Virus record (IMG/VR): IMGVR_UViG_2974702911_000001
Span: 1-64,000 of that record
DNA length: 64,000 bases
Strand: one strand, 5' to 3'
Source: a virus
Taxonomy: Duplodnaviria; Caudoviricetes
Of this stretch, positions 56,407 through 64,000 are shown one piece after another (positions within the stretch are counted from its first letter, which is position 1; every line of letters begins with the position of its first letter). A program made the position numbers and the translations under genes. The notes under the pieces were generated by a model, which was not told where the DNA came from, searched no databases, and worked only from the letters and a program-made list of their open reading frames with translations.

Positions 56407-57701
56407 GCTTCGACGCGCCGGAGAACGTTAACTACGCGGCGACCATCGTTAAGCTGCCTGAGCCTCAGGCGGTGCCGGGGCTGGACAACCTCGTCGGTAT
56501 CCCGATGTTCGGTTACCAGGCGCTAACGCAGAAGGACTCCGCTAAGGCGGGGGACCTCCGGGTGCTGTTCGTCGCGGAGACGCAGCTTGACCATGAGTAC
56601 GCGAGCGCGAACAACCTGTACCGGGAGGCGACCCTTAACGCGGACTCCACGCAGACCGGCTACCTAGAGCAGAACGCTCGGGTTAAGGCGATCCGGCTCC
56701 GTAAGAACCAGTCGGACTGTCTGCTGATGCCGCTTGAGTCGCTGGCCTACACCGGCTACGACGTGAGCACGCTCAAGGTCGGGGACACGTTCGACAAGCT
56801 GAACGGCCACGTTGTTTGCCGGAAATACGTTCCCGCTGGTCAGCGCACCGCCGGCTCGGTTGCTGGGGCGCCCAAGATTCGCCAGCGGGTTGACCAGAAG
56901 TTGTTCCCGATGCATCTGGACACGGAGCACCTGTTCCGGAACCTCCAATGGTTCCGTAAGCCCCGCCACGTCGTCATCACGCAGAAGTTGCATGGGACTA
57001 GCTGGCGCGGCGGGAACGTGCCTGTGCGGCGCGATAAGGGCCGTTTGGAGCGCCTTGTGAACCGGTTGGGGATCAAGACTCCGGACACGGAGTACGAGCA
57101 TGTGTTCGGCTCGCGCCGGGTGGTCAAGGGCAAGAGCACCGACAACCACTACTACGAGTCCGATCTGTGGACCGACTACGGGCAGAAGCTCTTGGGGCTT
57201 ATCCCTAAGAACTTCATGGTCTACGGCGAGCTTATTGGGTGGGTGGACGACCAGTCCCCGATTCAGAAGGGCTACACGTACAACCTGCTGCCGGGCACCG
57301 CTGAGCTTTACGTGTACCGGGTGGCGACGGTTAACGAGGACGGCGTTATCGCTGACCTGTCCTGGGAGGGCGTTAAGGACTTCTGCCGGTCGCTTGGGCT
57401 TAAGTGGACGCCTGAGCTTTGGGCGGGGATCGAATGCGTGCCGCAGTCGGTAGACGATGAGAGCTTCGTTTCCGGCTACCAGTTGGACTACTTGGACGTG
57501 CGGTTTACCGAGAGTCCGGGTGCTGAGCATTTCAACGAGGCTCCGGTGCCGCTTAGCAACGCTAAGACGGTGGATGAGGGCATTTGCGTGCGGATTGAGG
57601 GTCAGATTCCGCGCGTGTTCAAAGCCAAGTCTCCCAAGTTCTTGGAACACGAGACTAAGGCGCTTGACAACAATGAGGTCGATTTGGAGGCCGCTGCTTA
57701 A
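56403..57701 (+). CDS. ATP-dependent RNA ligase (Rnl2-like)
   Basis: Motif I TQKLHGT, YGEL, DEGICVR, FKAKS. Confidence 0.88.
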   Translation: MSFDAPENVNYAATIVKLPEPQAVPGLDNLVGIPMFGYQALTQKDSAKAGDLRVLFVAETQLDHEYASANNLYREATLNADSTQTGYLEQNARVKAIRLRKNQSDCLLMPLESLAYTGYDVSTLKVGDTFDKLNGHVVCRKYVPAGQRTAGSVAGAPKIRQRVDQKLFPMHLDTEHLFRNLQWFRKPRHVVITQKLHGTSWRGGNVPVRRDKGRLERLVNRLGIKTPDTEYEHVFGSRRVVKGKSTDNHYYESDLWTDYGQKLLGLIPKNFMVYGELIGWVDDQSPIQKGYTYNLLPGTAELYVYRVATVNEDGVIADLSWEGVKDFCRSLGLKWTPELWAGIECVPQSVDDESFVSGYQLDYLDVRFTESPGAEHFNEAPVPLSNAKTVDEGICVRIEGQIPRVFKAKSPKFLEHETKALDNNEVDLEAAA

Positions 57702-58354
57702 TGACTACTGACTACAAAGAGGAACTTCGGGCGTACCGGCTGCGTGAGCTTAAGGCTAAGGCTGAGCTTGCGGAGTTGCACGTTTCTCAGGCCGCGCGCC
57801 AGGAGGCCCATTTCCTAGCGACCGATGACATGGTGCGTAAGCACTACTTCATTGGTGGCGTGGACTCTAAGAACGTTGCGGACTGCGCGCAGCATCTTGA
57901 GTTCTGGCACCGGATTGACCCGACGTGCGACATGACCATTGAGATTCACTCGGGCGGCGGCTCGGCGCTGGCGGGGATCAACCTGTTTGAGCACCTGACC
58001 CGCTACAGCTTGCAGGGCGGCGGGACGCACAAGCTGACCATGCATGTGTGCGGCCTGGCTGCCTCTATGGCGACGGTGCTGGTGCAGGCTGCCGACGAGC
58101 GCGTCATTGGGCCGGAGTCGTGGTTCATGGTGCATGAACTGTCGGGCCAGACGGCGGGCAAGATCGGTGAGCTTGAGGACACGATGAGCTTCTACCGGCG
58201 TCTTAACGACCGTATTGGCGAAATCTATGTGGCCCGGTCGGGCGGCAAGTTGTCCCCGGAGGGCTTTAAGGCTCTGTGGACGCGGCAGGACGTGTGGCTG
58301 ACGCCTGTCCAGGCGCTTGACTTCGGCATGGTGGATCGGATTGGAGGCGTTTAA
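57701..58354 (+). CDS. ClpP-like protease
   Basis: EIHSGGG, AASMA (Ser), FMVHE (His), ALDFGMVD. Confidence 0.88.
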   Translation: MTTDYKEELRAYRLRELKAKAELAELHVSQAARQEAHFLATDDMVRKHYFIGGVDSKNVADCAQHLEFWHRIDPTCDMTIEIHSGGGSALAGINLFEHLTRYSLQGGGTHKLTMHVCGLAASMATVLVQAADERVIGPESWFMVHELSGQTAGKIGELEDTMSFYRRLNDRIGEIYVARSGGKLSPEGFKALWTRQDVWLTPVQALDFGMVDRIGGV

Positions 58355-58899
58355 TGAGCTTTAAGGCTCCTACCCTGAGGGATCAGGGCGCATACGGCGT
58401 GCAGCCGCATGAGGTCGCGTTCGCGCCTCAGGCTCCGGTGTCGCAGCCGGTGTCCAAGATCAAGGCGATTAAGGCGGCGCGCGATGCCGTCGAGCAGGGC
58501 GGGTTTGGCAACCGGCTGGGCCTTAAGGACGCTAAGGACGCGGTTGAGGCCGTGTTCCAGTCCATTGAGGACCAGGGGTTCAAGCTCGTTGACTCGCCGG
58601 TCGGTGAGGATGAGGTTGTCCTGAGTGACGCGGAGACCAAGGCGGCGCGTAAGGCGCTGACACAGGTCCACGCTAACGCGGACGTGAAGCTGGCGGCGGT
58701 GCTGGCGGCGATCAACAACATTCGCAACAACGATCCGGTCGGGACGCTGCGTAAGAACAGCAAGGGCCAGTACGCGTTCTCTTACGAGCCGGGTAAGTGG
58801 CTGCTGATCGACGTGGACAAGCCCGCTTACCGGGCTGAGGAATCCCCGGCGCAGAACGCGGCCATTCAGGGTTCCTGGGCGCTGGTCGCTAAGGGCTAA
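58354..58899 (+). CDS. protein with ribosomal L7/L12 C-terminal-like motif
   Basis: KIKAIKAARD...LGLKDAKDAVE. Confidence 0.65.
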   Translation: MSFKAPTLRDQGAYGVQPHEVAFAPQAPVSQPVSKIKAIKAARDAVEQGGFGNRLGLKDAKDAVEAVFQSIEDQGFKLVDSPVGEDEVVLSDAETKAARKALTQVHANADVKLAAVLAAINNIRNNDPVGTLRKNSKGQYAFSYEPGKWLLIDVDKPAYRAEESPAQNAAIQGSWALVAKG

Positions 58900-58999
58900 T
58901 GGCTAACAACTTCGCATGGTGGTGCGTGGGCGTGTTCTCGGGGATCGCGCTCACGCACTACCTCGTTATGACCGGTCAGATTGAGATTGAGAGGGAGCA

Positions 59000-59230
59000 G
59001 TGAGGTACACGCTGCTGGCCGGGTCGCGCGACGGCCTGGCACTGGTGATGCATGAGGACGGCGAAACTTACCGCTACAACCTGAACGGGCAGGTCATCGC
59101 CTACCAGCTTGCGGACCACGCGGGGGCGTTCTATCCGGGCACGTCGGAAACGTGGCATTACGTCGGCAAGACGTTTGACTCCGTGCAGCAGATGCAGGTT
59201 TGGTGGCGCTACGAGCGGACGGGTGTCTAA
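59000..59230 (+). CDS. hypothetical protein
   Basis: GAGG RBS. Confidence 0.55.
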   Translation: MRYTLLAGSRDGLALVMHEDGETYRYNLNGQVIAYQLADHAGAFYPGTSETWHYVGKTFDSVQQMQVWWRYERTGV

Positions 59231-59567
59231 GTGGCCGTGGCCGTCAGATACTAAGGACGACCGGTACAGGAGAATCATTGACCATTACCGGTCGGCTCTG
59301 GCGGATATCGACTTGGAAGCGTGCTTGGTGGTCGATAAGAAAATGGCTGAGTATGGTCAGCCGTGGGTTTCGGACAATTCGGTTGTAGACGTTAACGAAA
59401 TGCTTAGCGCTAAGCAGTTGGCTGAGCGATTCGGGCTGTCTGAATGGAATGTCCGCGACTGGGCACGCCGTCATCCTGACAAAATCCGTAAGCACAAGGC
59501 TGCAAATGGTCGGACGCTTTTCCGGGTGGGTGACGTTCTCACGTACAGCGCAACTAAGGGGACCTAA
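59223..59567 (+). CDS. HTH DNA-binding protein
   Basis: LSAKQLAERFGLSEWNVRDW. Confidence 0.75.
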   Translation: MSKWPWPSDTKDDRYRRIIDHYRSALADIDLEACLVVDKKMAEYGQPWVSDNSVVDVNEMLSAKQLAERFGLSEWNVRDWARRHPDKIRKHKAANGRTLFRVGDVLTYSATKGT

Positions 59568-59746
59568 AGTGGAGATAGCGGGTTTTGTTGCCCTGGCGCT
59601 CGTCGGGGCGTTTCTCGGCCTGGTGCTCTTTGGCTTGTTCAGCTACGCGGTGGTTATGACCATCGTCAGGGTCATTGAGTGGATTGCGGGCTACTAAAGG
59701 GAACTTGTGAGCGTGCTTTAATTAAAGAGGGGAAAAGTGTATCTAA

Positions 59747-60154
59747 ATGTGGGCTGAGTCTCCGCTTGTGCCCGGCATTCAGGTTTCCGATCAAGGCATT
59801 GTCAAGGGTCCCCGCAAAGAGCTTTCACAGTGGCCGGATGAGCGGGGCTGTATGCGCGTCAAAGCGGGCGGTAGGCCGTATGCGGTACATCTGCTGGTGT
59901 TGACGGCGTTCGTCGGTCCACGGCCCGATGGGGCGTCTCCACGGTGGCTTAACGGTGACCCTACGGACAACCGGCTGGTGAATCTCACCTGGCAGCTTCC
60001 GGATGAGCCGGAAGTGCTGACGCGGATCAATCGCTGCCGGAACGGTCACGTCTACTCACGCGAGAACACGAAGGTTTGGGGATCAGGTCACCGGATTTGT
60101 TTGGACTGCGAACGCGGCCATCCCCCGGTGACACAGCTTCCGGAAGTTCTATAG
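59747..60154 (+). CDS. HNH endonuclease (NUMOD4/HNH-type)
   Basis: VSDQGIVK, VHLLVLTAFVGP, GDPTDNRLVNL. Confidence 0.8.
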   Translation: MWAESPLVPGIQVSDQGIVKGPRKELSQWPDERGCMRVKAGGRPYAVHLLVLTAFVGPRPDGASPRWLNGDPTDNRLVNLTWQLPDEPEVLTRINRCRNGHVYSRENTKVWGSGHRICLDCERGHPPVTQLPEVL

Positions 60155-60240
60155 CGCGCACGCCCAGGCGAGGGCGGTTCTGGCTGCGCTAGCGGACGGT
60201 CATATAGCGGGCCGTCCGTTCTTTCGCGTTAGGAGGTCAG

Positions 60241-60510
60241 ATGCCAAAGCTAAGGCCGTCCGATATCGCGTGGCTAAGCATGGTTGCGGGCATTCTCGCT
60301 TACGAGTGGCGCGCGCCTGCGGGGGAGCTACTTAGCGAGGGTTGGGATCGGTACTTGCAGAGTCATCCTGTCGCGGCTCGGGTGTTCCCGTTGCTGCTGA
60401 TTCTGCATGTCATTAACGCGCTGCCGCAGAGGGTTGACCCATTTCATTGGGCTTTCTGCGCTATGCAGGCAGCGGGGAGAAAAGCAATTGACCACGAAGG
60501 ATGCAATTAA
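60241..60510 (+). CDS. membrane-associated hypothetical protein
   Basis: AGGAGG RBS; GELLSEGWDRY motif. Confidence 0.65.
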   Translation: MPKLRPSDIAWLSMVAGILAYEWRAPAGELLSEGWDRYLQSHPVAARVFPLLLILHVINALPQRVDPFHWAFCAMQAAGRKAIDHEGCN

Positions 60511-60829
60511 CCCGTCGCACTACAAAGACGGTTGGTCGAATGGCGCTGAGGTCATCGACATTACCGAGAATTTGAACTTTAACCGTGGCAATGCGGTCAA
60601 GTACATTGCCCGCGCTGGGGCTAAGGACCCGGATAAGACCGTTGAGGACCTTGAAAAGGCTCAGTGGTACTTGCAGCGCGAGCTTAAGCGCCTTAAGCGC
60701 GAGGCCGATAAGCCTAAGGGTCAGGTCGTCGATACGACGATTCTGATTAACGGCGGGCCGGTCGCGGGGCAGCTTATGAACGAGGACTACTACAGGTCGC
60801 TCGCAAAAATGCCGAGGGGGTTTGCGTGA
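60488..60829 (+). CDS. DUF3310 / SaV-like protein
   Basis: INPSHY, NFNRGNAVKYIARAG.K, DLEKAQWY. Confidence 0.85.
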   Translation: MTTKDAINPSHYKDGWSNGAEVIDITENLNFNRGNAVKYIARAGAKDPDKTVEDLEKAQWYLQRELKRLKREADKPKGQVVDTTILINGGPVAGQLMNEDYYRSLAKMPRGFA

Positions 60830-61608
60830 GCGCTAAGGTTCTGGTCCTAGACATTGAGACGCAGCGAGCGATCGTTGAGACGTTTTCCCTGTTCAGGCCG
60901 TTTATCGGCATTGACCGGGTGATTAAGCCGACGCGCGTCCTTTGCTTCGCCGCTAAGTGGCGCGACCAGGACAAGGTGATCTTCAAGTCCGCGTGGGACG
61001 ACGACGACGAGGACGCCTACCTCCGCATGATGCAGGCCGCCTGGGACCTGCTTAACGAGGCAGACATTGTGGTCACTTGGAATGGTGACCGGTTCGACGT
61101 GCAGTGGTTTGAGGCTGAGTTCCTGCGCCTGGGCCTGGGCCGTCCGCTCCCGTACAAGAGCGTTGACCTGATCAAGACGGTTAAGCGCTGGTTCAAGGGC
61201 GGGCTTATGTCCATGAAGCTGGACTGGTCATCGCGCATCGTCCTTAGGGACCGCAAGGTGCATCACGGCGGCGCTGATCTGTGGCATGACATTCGTTGGG
61301 GGACCCGCGCTGAGAAGCGGGCCGCGCAGAAGCTAATGCGTGAGTACAACGAGCATGACGTGGTTCTTACGGGTCGCCTGTTTGAGCATCACTTGCCGTA
61401 CCTGACGAATTTGAACCTGGCTCTGTATGAGCAGAACGAGGACGGCGAATTGCACTGCACTAAGTGCAACAGCACGAACCTAAAGAAAGACGGAGTGAAG
61501 GCTTACGTCACTAGCGCGGGTGTCTATCAGATGTTCCGCTGCAAGGACTGTGACGCCACGTCTAAGGGCAAGAAGATTCGCTCCACTACGGAATTGAGGC
61601 CGGTGTGA
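60826..61608 (+). CDS. DnaQ/RNase H-fold 3'-5' exonuclease
   Basis: LDIET, WNGDRFD, YNEHDV; C-terminal CxxC pair. Confidence 0.88.
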   Translation: MSAKVLVLDIETQRAIVETFSLFRPFIGIDRVIKPTRVLCFAAKWRDQDKVIFKSAWDDDDEDAYLRMMQAAWDLLNEADIVVTWNGDRFDVQWFEAEFLRLGLGRPLPYKSVDLIKTVKRWFKGGLMSMKLDWSSRIVLRDRKVHHGGADLWHDIRWGTRAEKRAAQKLMREYNEHDVVLTGRLFEHHLPYLTNLNLALYEQNEDGELHCTKCNSTNLKKDGVKAYVTSAGVYQMFRCKDCDATSKGKKIRSTTELRPV

Positions 61609-62043
61609 CCGTAGTTACCGACCCTGCCGATTTCAATTGGCCGGATGGTGACCATGCGGGTTGCAGGGTTATGTCGCTGACGCCTGGCGGGCCGTGGGAG
61701 TGCGTGGGAATGCACTGCGCTTACTGCGGTAAGCCATGCGGCGCTCAGGGGCATATGAAGTGCTTTGAGGAGAATAGACATGAAGCCGGTAGCGCAGCCG
61801 AATAAGCATCACCAAGTGATGCTGGCGAGCTTGCTTACCAACAAGCGGGGGACGCTTGCGAACAACGTCTCCGCTTTCAACATGGACTTGGCGGCTAAGC
61901 GGTGGATTAAGTGAGTAAGGCCGCTGCGAGTCGTCGCCAGGAGTTACGGCGGTCGAACGCAGCGGTCCCTCACCGCAACCGTTATCGGGAGCACAAGAGC
62001 GGAAAGGGTCAGCATGGGCAGGCCGTAGCAGAGGGGGTCGCTG

Positions 62044-62463
62044 ATGCCTGGGAATCTTCGCAAGAAGAGTGGGGCTGGCAAGACTGAGCGTGATTACCTC
62101 CGGGCGCGTAGGCGCGTCCTAAGGCAGTCGCAAATCTGTGCCTATCCTCCCTGCCGTAAGGCAATCGACCTGAAACTCAAGCCGATCTGTCAGTTCGTGG
62201 ACACGTCATTGTTCACGGTTGAGACGGCACACCTAATCCCGCTGACTTGTGGGGATGGCTGTCGGGAAGCTAAGCACGCACGCAAGGCTAACCCGTATGG
62301 CGCGTCCGCTAACCACAAAATCCCGGTGTCGCAGTTGCCTCCGGATTCCGACATGCTCGCTTCTGCTAAGAACCTTGAACCTATGCACCTTAAGTGCAAT
62401 CAGGAACTTGGGGACGGCGACATTAAGCCTAGAAATAAGACTTCTAGAGATTGGTTCGCATAA
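62044..62463 (+). CDS. HNH-like endonuclease
   Basis: ICAYPPC, NHKIPV, NLEPMHLKCN. Confidence 0.7.
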   Translation: MPGNLRKKSGAGKTERDYLRARRRVLRQSQICAYPPCRKAIDLKLKPICQFVDTSLFTVETAHLIPLTCGDGCREAKHARKANPYGASANHKIPVSQLPPDSDMLASAKNLEPMHLKCNQELGDGDIKPRNKTSRDWFA

Positions 62464-62693
62464 TGGGTGATGAATTCGATCCTGATACGGCTGGGGACGA
62501 CGGCAATTTGTTGGTCGCTGAGCTTAGGATCATTCAATACATCGACGCTGACGGTAACCTAAACACCGTCGATTTCTCGCAAGGCGCTGGCGGCGTCGAG
62601 CTTGAGGAAAATGATTACGCGAAGCTGCTGGACTGGGCGCGGGCGTTTGTGCTTGCTCCTAAGGTGGCGGCGATTCTCGCCGGTAATGACTGA
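62463..62693 (+). CDS. hypothetical protein
   Basis: TAATG-coupled ORF. Confidence 0.55.
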   Translation: MGDEFDPDTAGDDGNLLVAELRIIQYIDADGNLNTVDFSQGAGGVELEENDYAKLLDWARAFVLAPKVAAILAGND

Positions 62694-63179
62694 GGTTTAT
62701 AAGTCGGACGTTGAGTGCCGGTGCCTTAGCTGTGACGACATGATCCGGCTAGGTGATGAAGTGCAGGAACTATCGGGAGAGCTATTCCATGCCGAGTGCA
62801 TTTAAGCCTTACGACCGTTGGGGACCGTTGCCGACTGTTAATCAGGTAGAGGCGATCTATCAGGCGGTGGGCTACTCGTACGAGGCCGGTGACTTCCCGG
62901 ATGACATGGACCCGTACACGGAGGCTTTCGTGGTGGGGGACGGCGGGCTGCTTAACGCGCTGTCGGCTCTTAAGCGGGCGCTGTGCCTGTTGGACGTTCA
63001 AGCTGCGGAGCGGCGGCGTGGGCAAGCCGGGTGACGTAAGCCCGGAGGTCGCGGCGGCGACGACCTTTAGCGTGCTCGGGTCGGCTGTTGAGTACGCGCG
63101 CAAGAACATGCCTGAGTTCGTCGCGGAGCTTGAGTCGCGGCACCTTAAGGCTGCTAAGCGGCTGGTAGAGATTGACCAG

Positions 63180-63251
63180 GCCACCTTAGCTCAGGGGTAG
63201 AGCAGCGCCTTCGTAACGCGCAGGTCAACGGTTCGATTCCGTTAGGTGGCT
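63180..63251 (+). tRNA. tRNA-Thr(CGT)
   Basis: GCCACCT/AGGTGGC; GCTC-AGGGGTA-GAGC; loop TT-CGT-AA (C:C mismatch at stem base); AACGG-TTCGATT-CCGTT. Confidence 0.85.
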
Positions 63252-63276
63252 CTGTAAACAAACATTGGAGGTAAAG

Positions 63277-63477
63277 ATGGACCCGGTACTAGTTGAGAAG
63301 GAACGGCGCGGCGCTGTGCAGGAGCTTCGGGACCGTAACGCTTGGCCTAAGGTGGTCGAGCCGGAGGTTGAACCAGAGGCAGAGGTTGAGAAGCCTAAGC
63401 GTGGTCGCCCGCCGAAGCAGGACGCACCGGAGCCTGAGCCTGAGTCTGAGGGCATTGAGGTCGCGGTCAGCGAATAA
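63277..63477 (+). CDS. Pro/Glu-rich hypothetical protein
   Basis: GGAGG RBS; KPKRGRPPK AT-hook-like motif. Confidence 0.6.
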   Translation: MDPVLVEKERRGAVQELRDRNAWPKVVEPEVEPEAEVEKPKRGRPPKQDAPEPEPESEGIEVAVSE

Positions 63478-63598
63478 GCATTACCACCCATCGTCCGATA
63501 CGGGCTGCTAGCCGCGCACGTTGGGTCTTTTACTGGGAGCCGTAGTCCCCCGTTGAAATTGCTAGCAGAAGCCCATACGCGTTAGGGCAACTACGCAT

Positions 63599-63672
63599 CT
63601 GGTTGTAGCGCAGCTTGGTAGCGCGCCTGATTTGGATTCAGGGGGTCGGAGGTTCAAATCCTTCCAGCCAGA
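63599..63672 (+). tRNA. tRNA-Pro(TGG)
   Basis: CTGGTTG/CAGCCAG; GCGC D-stem; CCTGA-TTTGGAT-TCAGG; GGAGG-TTCAAAT-CCTTC. Confidence 0.92.
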
Positions 63673-63673
63673 C

Positions 63674-63847
63674 ATGATTGAGCTTGATAAAGAGTCCACT
63701 TACCGTGACCGTTTAGGCCGTAAGTGGGAGTGGTCAGACCTTAACGGCTGGGTGATTAATCGCATGGCTACGTTTGGGGGGTTCTGGCCGGATGATGAGT
63801 ACGCACCGTTCACGGTTATTGATCCGTGTCCGACGTGTGGGAGGTAA
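63674..63847 (+). CDS. hypothetical protein
   Basis: ATG immediately after tRNA-Pro; YRDRLGRKWEW motif. Confidence 0.5.
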   Translation: MIELDKESTYRDRLGRKWEWSDLNGWVINRMATFGGFWPDDEYAPFTVIDPCPTCGR

Positions 63848-64000
63848 GGGCGCACGCTAGCCTCACGGTTAGTGGCCCTTCGGTTATGTCCCTACCGACT
63901 GAAAGGGATCGTTGCAGAACTTTCGTATAACTGTCGTCCTGCCGGGGGTTGCGTAACACTGACCTATACCCGGTCGCTGTATGGCTCCACGGTGTTAAGC

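Overview
Most of a temperate siphovirus genome of an actinobacterial host, very likely a mycobacteriophage. The left arm (to ~29 kb, + strand) holds the packaging, head, tail and lysis genes (lysin A, holin, lysin B). The centre holds a leftward accessory block (RlaP-like nucleotidyltransferase, Lsr2-like), a putative attP, a tyrosine integrase, and a divergent repressor/Cro switch with palindromic operators. The right arm holds recombination and replication genes (exonuclease, ERF, initiator, DnaB, SSB, RusA), WhiB-like proteins, an NAD-reconstitution-like gene pair, RNA-repair enzymes (Pnk, RNA ligase) and three tRNAs. The most striking element follows a Ro60/DUF2828-like TROVE-vWA gene: a promoter-to-terminator array of three small RNA modules sharing a TGGAC...GTCCAGT closing stem and an ACAGCAA motif. 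One module carries a complete circularly permuted tRNA, and the other two carry isolated anticodon-like stem-loops. Two further large structured non-coding regions abut a tRNA or tRNA-like element. All protein assignments come from motif recognition and synteny, and all RNA folds are hand-paired; no database search or folding program was run.
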